DNA of 64,000 nucleotides from Schizosaccharomyces osmophilus. Lineage: Eukaryota. A program made the translations under genes and the position numbers. The DNA is taken from positions 1,798,001 through 1,862,000 of the forward strand of contig NC_079239.1 of the NCBI RefSeq assembly GCF_027921745.1, written 5' to 3'. Positions 52,623 to 64,000 of the stretch are shown here, piece after piece (position 1 is the first letter of the stretch; each line of letters starts with the position of its first letter). The notes beneath the pieces are model-generated. The model saw only the letters and a list, made by a program, of their open reading frames with translations. It was not told where the DNA came from and did not search any database.

Positions 52623-54419
52623 ATGACGAAAAAGCATGCTTTCAAAAACGCAGAAGATATGAAGAAATATCACCTCAGTGAATTCAATTCCGAAGCTACA
52701 CCTCTAACAAGACCCGCAATGAAAAGTGAGTTTCTGTGGTGACATCTGTATAGCTGCTAATCATTATAAATAGGCTTACAGCATGTTCCTTGTAAGTTTT
52801 TTCGCCAGGGAACTTGTACAAGTGGAAAAAACTGTATTTTTAGTCACGATTTGGAATCTGCGTTCGAAAAAACTGTTTGTAAATATTTCCAGAAGGGAAA
52901 TTGCAAATTCGGCACTAAGTGTGCATTAGAACATGTCCTTGCGGATGGAAAACGCGTAAAAACACGTGCCCTTACTTCAACAGTACCTGGCGGTCCTATA
53001 AATCATGTCGATCAAATTGCTTCTACAATGGTAGATCCACATTCACCAAGAGAGTTAGCTAACTCAGAATTGGGAGCGCAAAGCTCATTGGAAAATAAAT
53101 CAGATTCTGGAATTGATTCATATAATTCAATGCATATGGCTCCTACTGACGAAAGCACTCTGCCTAACCTGCCATTGGAATCTAATGAAAAGGTAACCGC
53201 TCCTCCAAAAAGTAATATTTTAGACCAAGAAAATATTTCTTTTGCCCCTTCAAAAAATAATGTTAATCAAAGTCAAAATTCATCTCCTAATGCTTATAAT
53301 ACGTCTATGAATGCCTCCATATTACCAGCAACAAAAAGGATTATCTCCAATCCCTCTGTGAAGCCTCCCTTGGTGGAAGGCTCTTCATCTTTTTCTTCTA
53401 TGCCTGGAATGTTATCTTCTCCTCCTTTAACCCCAGAGAACCATCAAATGTTTTATTTACCTATGAATTCCCTGAGTACGGGTATGCGCAACCTTAAGCT
53501 ACTCCCTCAGGATAATTTATCCTTTGGGTTTAAATCACCATCCTTGGATCGTTCCCAAAGCTCTTCAGTCCTTCCTAGAGTGTCATCAGGTAGTTATACT
53601 GGACTTGGCCGTTTCGCAAAAAGTCCTCCTCCTGGGTCCGGACCCGGAGCAAACGGCCTAAAAAATTTAGGAAATAACGCTTTACTTCATTCCTCTTCTG
53701 CATCACTAGATAATATGCATGCGTTCTCTAGCCGTCGAAGCGTGCCTAACCTGATGTCTACTCTCGGAGCAAGCCCTTCAAATTTACATTCTTATCTTTC
53801 TAAAAACGCAGACAAGATCCAGTCTAGCAAATTGAATGCCTCGCAAAGTTTCTTCCCTTCAGCATCGCTATATGGTTCGTCTGTAGGAACATCTCAAGAC
53901 GAGTTGTTAAGCACTGATGGCGCTGACGAATTTGCCAATGAAGAAGACTTTATCCCTAATAGCTTACAAGAGCTCTTAACCCCAGCGGAGCTGGAACGAA
54001 AAATGAGTCACGGTGATGATTTTCCTAGTTCTTCGTCCACAAATCGATTTATCTCGAAAGCATCATCTGGTTTAAACAGCAGTAATGCTACACCATTTGG
54101 TTCAGTGAACGGAACACCGACCTCAAGTAGATTTTATGCTTTTTTTGAGCGAAATAAAGAAGGAAACAATACGTCTGCTAGAATGTCACCGGCTACAATT
54201 TCAAAAATATCCCAGAATTCGTTAAATCTTAGTAACACAAAAGCGACTCAATCCAGTCTATCTGCTATATCTGAGACGTTCGAAGCAAAGCTGAATGTGA
54301 ATGGAAAAAAACATCAAGAGGACCTGGCCTCAAAAACGCCAATTCAAGGTACCGAAAAACAGCCTCTATACGATTCAGTGTTGGACGAAGAGACTCAATT
54401 TCGAATGGATGAAGAATGA
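52623..54419 (+). CDS. cps3: Tandem CCCH zinc-finger protein (Cps3/Lee1)
   Basis: After a short exon and intron: HVPCKFFRQGTCTSGKNCIFSH and VCKYFQKGNCKFGTKCALEH; EEDFIPNSLQELLTP; C-terminal EETQFRMDEE. Confidence 0.9.
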
Positions 54420-54705
54420 ATCAAAAGTTTGTACAAAAAATTACTTATTTGTCATGTTTTACTAAAAATAATTGAAGTAATAAGCTTCGTTGAGTATTTG
54501 CTCAGTGCAAACCCATTTACAATCAAAAGTGTCGTTTAGAGACTATAATGAAATATATAGAACTCATAAGAAGAAAGAATTGACATCAGGTCATCAAACA
54601 CTATTACAGCAATTCCGTAACAAAATATGTATTTATTTCTGTAAAACTGTTCCATCCATACCCAAAAAATTCCCCGAATAACTTAAAACTAAAACAAACT
54701 CATTT

Positions 54706-55716
54706 TTACCGAAATATTTCATAAAAAACAACGGGAGGACTATCGTAATAAAGGAGCTTTTCGTATTTCTTCTTTGTTAAAACTCTTACATGGAAGTTGG
54801 AGATCAACCGTAAAAAGTTGTCAATGGTTTCCCGTCTTCGCAATGTTGCTGCCAAAAGAATTTTACAACGAGGATTGACTACAGTAAGGTCATTCATCGT
54901 TGTTGCTAAACATCGTAAATCACCTTCATATGTCTAAACATTTAGACGCGCTGAAAGAGAAATATTTGCCAGATATCAAACAACGTAAATAACAGAAGCT
55001 GGAATGACAAATATTTCTTCTTTCAGGACATCAAGAAAGTTAGTATTTGTTTCGAATCAACCTAAACAACATACGACATCTGATGCAAGGACAAGGTCAG
55101 CGTAAACAGGTGGATCAACTCCCCAAAGTAAACGTTGAACGGAAAGCTCGCATTCATTTAGATGAGCATTTTCTTCTACACCTTGACAAACTTTGTTATC
55201 TCCGTCGGTTGCTAGCACGGAAGCCCCCATTTTGGAGCATAAAATACTGACTAAACCGGTACCAGCACCAAGTTCTAAAACACGAGTTCCCGGGTTTATG
55301 GGATTCTGATACAGCAGTTCCGCAAGAGCCATTCCAGCTTCCCAAGTACGTACGCCTGTGGTCCCTGCTCTTAACAAAATATTTTGAGACTCGTACACTT
55401 GAACAGAGCAATCACCCAGTGTATATTGTACAGGAGGAATTTCTCTGCTAGAGAGTGACTCTATGTATATGTAAAGGAGAGTCTCATCGGGTTCTGTATG
55501 GTTCTGACTGTGTTTATCGAGAAGTCGAAAATAGGACTTCAAAAAAAATTTCGTATAAATGGATGGATACAAAAATTCACCCAAATAAGCCTGTGTAAAG
55601 GGTTCGACCAAAACTGACCATTCAATATCAGACGTAACCCATTGAAACTGATCCAGGCTGACTTGCTGCAAATACTGTTGTTTGACTCGTTGTAAAAAAT
55701 CAGGAATTGTATCCAT
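54706..55716 (-). CDS. efm3: EF2 lysine methyltransferase (Efm3/FAM86, MTase-16 family), 1 intron
   Basis: [37 protein letters not shown] restored by intron 55074-54934; [10 protein letters not shown]. Confidence 0.87.
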
Positions 55717-56184
55717 TAAGGAATAAAGAAAACCTTCAATTGGTCCAAAAAGCAACAATATTTACGAATTACCTAAATACATTAAGTGATGGTTAATATC
55801 TTCCTTAAACTCTTAAAGATCATGGCAAAGTAGAGCAATTTATATGAGGGGAAGGCCAAATTTGAAAACGGCTTATGAAATAGTATATAGGCAAGTTTGC
55901 TGTTCGATATTTAAGTGTTTTGTTGCCATTGATCTTGAAACTTGATACATACAGGAGAGCCGTATGAGTCTCAATTTATTTCCTATTGGAACACCGATAT
56001 TGGAAACTTTGTGAGGACGTGAAAGCGATTCGAAAGATTTTTACGTCTTCCTTGATTTTGATAAAAAAATTTACCTTTTTTGTTGGTGAGGTTTGCCGCG
56101 GTACAAACGCGCGGGAAAGCCGAAAACTAGCTTTCGTAGTTTACTGCTATTACCTACCAAATGAAATTCGTATTGAAGTAGAAA

Positions 56185-57054
56185 ATGAAGGCTTGGTTAT
56201 GGCCTTTCATAGGTGGACTTAAATTATTTATATGTATTCTTGTAGTTGTCTTGTTTTCAATTCCTAGTCTTGTTAGTTATATAATCTTTTACGACACGGT
56301 TATTCCTCATGCTGTGGTGCAATATCCTGTTTATTTTAACTACACGTATGTTTTAAAATTGTTTACTTCTTTAAAGGTGCTGACCCGTTAACCTGCTTAG
56401 AACTGGGTGTGAATATCCCTATGCCAAAGTGAACTTGGATCACTTCAGCATAGATCCTAGGCTTCCTGGAACATCGATCCTTCAATTGAGCATTCCTCGT
56501 TCTCAACGTAACCGGAATGTTGGGAATTTTATGGTTTCAGTTGACTTTCATGGAAGAACCGAACAAACGACGTTGAAATCTGTTTCAAGAACAGTCCTAT
56601 TTCCATATTATTCAACTATACATGAATACATGAAGCTGGTTCTTTGCTTCCCTTTTTATTTAACCGGAATTTTGGACGAACGCGAGACTGTAAGTGTAAA
56701 GCTTTTGGAGTCTGAAATGTTTGGAAATCATCGCAGTGCAATTAACACGCTGTCCTCGCGTTTTTATGTTGCTGATACTCCTAAAAGTGCAAGCATTCGA
56801 ATATTTTCTAAGGATATTGAGTTTTATGAAGTAACTCTAGCTTTTGCATCCAAATTACATGGCATGCGGTATGTTGAATTCTTCTAATTATCTTTTTGCT
56901 AATTTATGCTTCCAGTTGGTTCATGTACACGCATAAGGTAACCGCCTTTTTTGTTTTTACAGCCCTCTTTTATTTTACTGGGATAAGTACAACCTTTATT
57001 ACTTATTTGATCATTTCAACCACGTCAAAATCCCGGAACAGAGTCGCCCAATAA
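56185..57054 (+). CDS. sei1: Seipin, 2 introns
   Basis: Two TM segments flanking a lumenal domain with YPVYFNY, IPRSQRNRNVGNFMV, LHGMR|WFMYTHK. Confidence 0.88.
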
Positions 57055-57329
57055 TTACAAAATCTTTAGTAGTTGGAAAGGAAACATTTATGTCTTATAA
57101 ATTTGGTGTAATACACGGTCACGACACAATATCTCAAATGATTTCTACGAATTAAATGATTTATGATTGACGATCCCTGACATTTGAATAGAATCTATAC
57201 AGCATTGATTATTAAAAGTCTATCAAGCACACATTAGTAGTTGTTTCCTATAAAAAAAAAAAAGGAAAAAAAAAAGAAAATTGGCAGACGCCTTCATTAA
57301 TATTATTGCGTTCATTAGTCGTAGACTCA

Positions 57330-59237
57330 TCATGAAGGTTGAGCCAGATTGCTTTCATTATTTGATGCTTGAATTAGTTCCTCAAAGAATGACAGTAGAA
57401 ACCTTATTATTTGTTGACATAAAGCTGCTATTACAATATACGAAAGATCTCGAAGTGTGTATAATAAGGACATGAGAATTTGAACAAGTACAGGCCGCCA
57501 TTTAAATTTTATGAAACCTGATAATCTATTTTTCAGTTTTTCGAAGAAAGCGACGTTCGAGGAGGTAGCTGGATATTTGTCGATGAATGATAAAAACGGA
57601 GAGCCAGAAGTAAGTTCGTTCTGACCTTCAAAACTCTCTTCTCTACTGGACTGAATGCTCGAATATAACGCCGTCGAATCTGGGTCATCTATTCCAGGCA
57701 TTGAAATTTCATACCGATTTTTAAATTCGTGCAAAAGAGGTGACATGTTGGATAAGCTCTGTATAATCCACTTCTGGATTCCAATTTCTTCTGATAATAT
57801 AGTAAATCCTGAAGTTAATTCTTTGTTCCGTAAACGCTCTTGAGAAAGAGCATTCTCCAGATCTAGCAGATTTCTGCATGGATTTTCCTTTTGTTTCGCT
57901 TGGGAATTATCGGATGAGGATATCATAAATTTTTCTTCTGAAACCATTTTCGCGGGAGAAAATGGCATTGACAAAAAAGGGGAAAAAGAAGAAACAGTGA
58001 GTTTTTCAAGCATCATGGGCGAAGGAGGACGTAAAGGGTTTTCTTCTAAATGGTTGTGTTTTTCTTTTCGATACTCTTCCAACTCGTCCTCTAGTTGTTG
58101 ACAGTGGGATCGTAATTTATGGTTCTCAAACTTCAGATTTGATAAAGTATCTTCATTTAACAAAGACTCCGAAGCAGCTTTATATAGTTCGTTAAAACTC
58201 ATCGATTTCTTTTCTAGTTCTTCCATACTGGCGGCACATTTGCTTTCCAACATAGAAAGTTGCTTCTTTCCCTGTACAATTTCATTTGATTTCGCTAAAA
58301 GCTCCGACTGAAAATTTTCGTTTTCCGCACTAAGAGATTCGTTCTTACTCTTGAGTTTTCTGATTTGCAAATTCTGAGCCTCCTGTGTTAAGTTCATTTC
58401 CCTATGTTGAGTTTCAAGGGAACTTAGGTAATGAGCCAATTCGTCAATTTTTCCATTTAACAAATCAACAATTCTGGACTTATTTCTAGCTTGATCCCTT
58501 GCTTGATCGAGAGAATCTTGGAGTTCTTTCAATCGCAAGTTTTGACTTTTGATTGAATTGTTTTCCATACCATAGCTGTTAAATTGGTTTGCTACTCTAT
58601 CGGCAGCAGAAGGCAAAGGATTCCTATAATAATTAGTAAATAAAAAACTCTATTTATAGCATACCATGTGATAGGGGTTGAGTGGGCAAAAGGAGTACTT
58701 AAAATATTAGGGGATTTCATCTCTAACTTTTTGGAATTAGTCGGTAGGAGAAGCTTTTGAGCTTGAATCTTAGAAGGACTTTCGATGGAATCAAAAGAGG
58801 AATCTTCCATGGCATGTTCTTGAACGGGTGATGATGATGCCTGCGAATGCTGCACCAAGGGAAAGACAAATTGTTCCACGGGATTTTTATCAGCGCTAGC
58901 ATTTTCACTTTTACTAGACTGTATTAACTTAAATAATACTTGTCGTAGATTATCCTTGGTAATGGAGAGATCGGCGTTCTTTTGGACAAACTCTGATGTA
59001 GCACGCTTTTGAAATTCGTTGAGAAGAGGAGGAGAAGAAGTTGAACGTAACAGCTCAAGGTCGCCTATTACTGATAGTAATTTAGTTAGACTAATCTAAC
59101 GCTCGTTAGTAGGTTCCTATGATGTTGTTTCGACAAGGATTTAATTGGCGACCTAAACGCACAAATTCACGTACTTTTCCTTCCTTTCCAAAGTCGTAGG
59201 AATCAAATATTAAATCAAAATCTTGCGGATTCTGCAT
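57330..59237 (-). CDS. kms1: KASH-domain spindle-pole-body protein Kms1, 2 introns
   Basis: EF-hand-like N-terminus FDLIFDSYDFGKEGK|ISLTKLL, central coiled coil, C-terminal TM and LAQPS* tail. Confidence 0.85.
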
Positions 59238-60584
59238 GACGCGCGAAAATCGCGCCCTTTTGAAGATTACTGCAAACGCAACTCAAACTCTTTGTCCACG
59301 TAGTAAACGATCCTCAATCTACTTTTCAATAACTAATTGATAATTTTTTGAAATAGAAGAAAGGCCAAAAATAAAATTTTAATCAACAATGACTTGAAAT
59401 CGGCTATCACATGGACATTGTGCTGCTGCTAAACAGCTTGAAGAAAGGAAAACAATAGTGAGACAGGCATTTTTAGAAAGGAACCACCAAACCTTAAGAA
59501 TTATACGGGTGTATATATGTTCGCTATTTGAATCTTTGTAAAAAAACAAAAAAGAATACACTCAACCGATTATGTTTGGAAAAAATGATAATTCGACGAA
59601 AAATGACAACTGAAATGAAATTCGTATGAAAAGTCAATTACCTCATAAGATGAAAGCAAGTTTGTTTACAAATTGGAAAGCGACCTTGAAGGTTTGATAT
59701 GCCCAAGGTACTTTGTTTAGGCTTTCTCGGATTTCGACAGGAATCCAACATCAATAATACTTCCTAAAATACTCATAATCACATTACATTACATTGACTA
59801 GGAAAATATGTTTAATGACAGCGAATGCCCTTTGATGGAATGCTCTGTATTTATACTTAATGCACTAAACATCTATACATCCCCATGTCGTTGAGTAAGA
59901 GAAAGCTTTATGTAACCAATTGAGCTTGTATTTTGTTAAGGACCACGCCCACAAATAGTTGGAAGGAACTTTCTCTCCAGTGATGACTGAGCCAAGGCAG
60001 AAAAGATGAATCTCTTCAATACGAAGGGTGTCATTATTTGTTTCTACATCAAGCAGTAGCAGTTCAGTCAGGAAAGCTAGTTTCAGATACTCAATGCTTA
60101 TTTAAGTTTGTCATCATACAGCCGCAAAGTCAGCATGAGCTCGAAAGCAAGAACTATCGATAATGACCAAGTCCACGGAACTTTACAAACCATTCAATTT
60201 GGCTTACCAATTTTAACAAAAAGGACCATGATCAAGAACTAATAAAGACTTCCTACTTTACGAACCTTTATGAATTTGGTTTTTTATTTATTTACACACC
60301 TTGTTACTTGCTGGCATGTCGTTACTTGCTTCCACCACAGAATCCTGCTTAGGGTTCTTTTCAAAAACCACGTCAATTCCCTCAATTGTTTGACTTATAA
60401 GGACGATAGGAAACATATCATATAATTTATTGATATATTTATTAATTGTGATTTCTCGCGAAAAATTCAGAGATTTCAACGGTTCTTACCATAATTTTAG
60501 TACTTTGGTTTATGATAGTGGCAGAAGGATACATTCATTAATAAAACGGGAAGCACATTTTTATTGAATTAAATATTTATTGCT

Positions 60585-63048
60585 ATGACTGATAATGTCT
60601 TTATGGAACCAGATCCATGGGCTTCATCTAGTACTTGGGGATCTCCAATCAAACCACTAACTTATGAGATTGCTCTAGGTAAGAATAATAATCATAATAC
60701 TTGTAGGAGCATTTCTAATAAATAATTTCAGGAAACTCGTCTATTCCGTCTCAGTATAAAGAGTGCTGGGAAGAATTTCAAAAACTTGATCAATTTCTTT
60801 ACCCAAACGCGTCTTTGTACTCCAAAATTTTTGAGATTCCAGACCACGTAATTGCAGAATTTCTAGGCTTGATTGAGTGTACGAACGAACCCTTACAACA
60901 AAGACAGTTTTTTTCTCTTTTAGCACTTGTCGCTTTCTATCAACTTGGAGTTCCCACTACACTGGAACAAATTCAAAAGCAAAGAAATGGTAAGTTTTTG
61001 TTTCCGAAATTTCGATTCACATTGTCCAAAATACTGACTTGTTCGCCCCAGTTTTACCTATCCTCCAAAGGTGTGACCTAAACCCATCTCTTCTTCACAA
61101 CGAAACTGAAGCTCCCCTGTTCTCTAATCCTTCTACGATTAGCTCCACAAAAACTATCTCGAACCCTCTCCTCCTCTCTTCAAACTCTCAATTGCAAAAC
61201 TCTCCTCCTCCCTTCCCTAATTTCCCTACTACTCCCTCACCGAAAGAAAGAAATGGTCATTCATACAATTATGATGATATATACAGGCGTTCCTCCTCCT
61301 CTTCTTCGAAATCAAATCGCTATGTTTCTCGTCCATCTTCTTCCTTAAGGGAGAGGATCGCCGAAGATGCATCTCATCCCCCAAGAAAAATTACATATGA
61401 TGACTTTTGTACGACCAATTCTCCTATTTATTTGTCTCAACCCCTTTCAAACGGTTCATTAGAGTCTTTTCCTCAATCCTTAACTGATTCACCAAAGAAC
61501 AACCAAAGTAGCTTCAGCCGGCGATATGCGAACACGATCCCTATTCTTAATAGAAACGAACTAAACGTTGATATTGATCTTGAACCTAGTGGTCCATTCT
61601 TTTATCGTCACAACAATTATATAATATCAGATTCACGCAATACTCGAGAGGTGCTAAGGCGGTATAGTGACTTTTATTGGTATGTATTGTTCCCTATAAT
61701 ATCTACTTATTTAAATCACTCTGTAGGATACTAATGAATCTTTAGGCTTCACTCTTATCTTGTCGAAAAATACCCTTGGAGAAGAGTTCCTTTGCTACGT
61801 AAGTAAATGATGGTTATTCCATTCTTTTCAAAATTAACAACTTTTTTAGCTTCAAAAAAATTCCATCGTAAGTAAATCCAACTTTTAGGATGCTCTCCCC
61901 TAACCAACATAGTTGCCAAGCGAACAGCATCCAGCAGAAATACGTTTTTAGAGTATAGAAGACAAGGTCTATATGACTTTGTAAATGATGTTGCTTATCA
62001 CCCAATCTTTTCGAACGACGAAGTTGTTCAAGTATTTTTCAAAGAGCCTAATGTATGTGCTTTCGTTGTTTCAAGCGATGTTTGAGCGAATCATATGCTA
62101 ATTTTTTAGGTATATAAAACTTGGAGAAGAGAAAACTATTCCTTCATAAAAGAAAGCATCGCTTCCTTTCTTCAGGATCCAATCGACTCTGTACCAGATG
62201 TATCAGAATCGTGTAAAGAGCGGCTTCTAAAGGCTGGTACGGCTTGCGGGATAGCAATTAATAATCAGGTGAACATTATTAGAATCTTTGAGAAAGCTAT
62301 TTACACGATGGACCATCTTCATGATGATGTGAATCGTCTACAAAACTCTTTTAAGTGAGTATGAATGTTGAATTTCATTTTACTAACAAGGTTAGCTGCT
62401 TACTTGACAGTGGGATTTACCAACGGGTTTTTAATTCTGGTTTTGCACAAAGAGAAAGTAGTACTATGACTTTGGTCAGTAGACACGCCTACAATGTCGA
62501 CACATTACAGCATCAGCAAAGTTTCACATTAAAGAATTCCTTTATTACGAATCTTACTCGGGAAACCAAAATGCTTATATCATTAAGGGTATGTTTTAGG
62601 TGTTTGATATGAGTATTAACAAGTAGCAACTGATTGAAAGAATGTCTACACCATTTAATACTGATTTAACAAAAATTAAGTTTTTAATATCTAATGACGA
62701 GAATTTGTTAAGAGAAGCTACGATACACGATTCAACGAATGGAAGAAACTCTGCTACTCTCGGCAGCCCTGAAAACCGAATTGAAAGTAATTTGCACAAG
62801 GTAATATATTTCTGGCTAGAAGTGAAACTAACATGATATGTAAGAAAAAACAATTATATGCCGATACCCTTCGGCAAAGATTCCAGATTGATCAATACCT
62901 CTATGAAGAAATAGAGTATCTACAAAATTACTTAACAATTCTCGGGAATCCTTACATCGATTATTGCAAACAGCGTATCAGGTACGAGGAGGAAGGGCTA
63001 AACATATGGCAGTCCTTGAGGCGTGATTTCGAAAATTTATATGCTTAA
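60585..63048 (+). CDS. mvp1: Sorting nexin Mvp1 (PX-BAR), about 9 introns
   Basis: PX motifs GPFFYRHNNY, EVLRRYSDFYW|LHSYLVEKYPWRRVPLL, FLEYRRQGL..HPIF; QFFSLLALVAFYQ N-terminal motif. Confidence 0.88.
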
Positions 63049-63239
63049 TCCAATTTATTGAAAAGTTAATAGCTATAAGAATATACAAACAAAAAAGAAA
63101 CCTGTATGTAAATAATAAAACGAGGCTTAAACCAGACCGTTGCTTAAGCGCATTTTAAATTAGATTTACGCTTCCACGTAAGGATGACTAAAAAAAGCAT
63201 TTTAATAAGATCTACATATCTTGAGAGTTGGGGGGTTGT

Positions 63240-64000
63240 TTAAAGGGAAGAAATATCACGGCCAAAGAGGGAAGTACGGATCCAATCCAACATAACGTTG
63301 GTACGGTTACGAAGGGAATACAATTCGGAAAGATAGGCGGAGCGCCAGAAAAAGAAAGCAAGGTAACCACTGGCATGAATTTGCTTATCGAGGAAAGGAA
63401 CATTCAAATCAGCGATTGCTTTTTCATGACCAACATAGGCAAGAGAGCCTTGGTGAGAATATTTGAAAGGACGGAAGACCTTAGTAGAAGCGTGCTTCTC
63501 ATTAGCGAGAGAGATGAGAGCGGCGGAATCTAATTCCTCACCAACGGCAATATGTCTGTCGATGCGAGGTTTTTCAAAGTCAAGGGAACCAAGTTTGTTG
63601 AACAATTGACCAAGGAAAGCACCTTGTTGAGACGCGACTTGAGCAGTAGGGGCATAAGCAGTGGAAGTGCAGTCACCAAGGGCAAAGACGTCTTGCATAC
63701 CATTGACTTGCATGTAATCATCAACGATCAAACCACGGCGGTTGGTTTGTTCATCCAAAGAATGGATGACTTTGTTGATGAGAGGACGAGGTCGGTTACC
63801 ACCAGCCCAAACCAAGAGTCCAAAAGGAATAGCCTCCTCGACTTTATTGCCTTCGGGGTCTTTGACTTCGACGATGATGTTGTCCGGGGTGACTTCCTTG
63901 AGGGCAGTGTTGGTTCTGATGTTGATGTTGGTTTTAGCGAAAAGAGACTTGGTATATTCACGTAACTTGCTGCTGAACATGGGAAGAACGGAAGGCAAAG
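63240..64000 (-). CDS. nde1: External mitochondrial type II NADH dehydrogenase, 3' part (runs off window edge)
   Basis: IPFGLLVWAGGN, VFALGDC, APTAQVASQQG, PFKYSHQGSLAYVG, WRSAYLS, FGRDISSL*. Confidence 0.88.
   Translation of the reverse strand, partial: LPSVLPMFSSKLREYTKSLFAKTNINIRTNTALKEVTPDNIIVEVKDPEGNKVEEAIPFGLLVWAGGNRPRPLINKVIHSLDEQTNRRGLIVDDYMQVNGMQDVFALGDCTSTAYAPTAQVASQQGAFLGQLFNKLGSLDFEKPRIDRHIAVGEELDSAALISLANEKHASTKVFRPFKYSHQGSLAYVGHEKAIADLNVPFLDKQIHASGYLAFFFWRSAYLSELYSLRNRTNVMLDWIRTSLFGRDISSL

Noticed and set aside
57251..57280. Long A-tracts here and near 23575, 25310 and 45895; AT-rich island ~10250-10490
   Set aside because: Typical UTR/intergenic tracts; they might be origins but this cannot be supported from sequence alone.

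Overview
Eukaryotic DNA from a Schizosaccharomyces species. Short GT-AG introns with CTRAY branch sites are abundant, and the proteins are clearly diverged from S. pombe, so an octosporus/cryophilus/osmophilus-type relative is likely; the species cannot be fixed from this window. Gene order follows S. pombe chromosome I cosmids c16E8-c328-c3A11 as I recall them: etp1-like (partial), png3, tfb1, rsm7, scd1, pos1-like, vph1, nop12, mde1, aro7, gna1/mpo1, shd1, tRNA-Ala(TGC), rps5, mitochondrial oxodicarboxylate carrier, [extra MFS transporter], tbc1, bsd2, ubp2, hrb1, spastin-like AAA ATPase, tps1, dbl4, msn5, cps3, efm3, sei1, kms1, mvp1, external NADH dehydrogenase (partial). Gene names come from recognising the proteins and recalled synteny, not from a database search, and intron boundaries were predicted by hand. 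Main observations: (1) the DUF962/Mpo1 membrane dioxygenase and the glucosamine-6-P acetyltransferase Gna1 form one spliced ~360-aa ORF with no in-frame AUG ahead of the Gna1 domain; (2) a ~310-nt structured H/ACA-like ncRNA candidate at 386-696; (3) an MFS transporter, from a family I recall as subtelomeric in S. pombe, breaks the otherwise conserved synteny; (4) several long structured introns and a perfect 14-bp palindrome. No transposon, rRNA or CRISPR features were seen.
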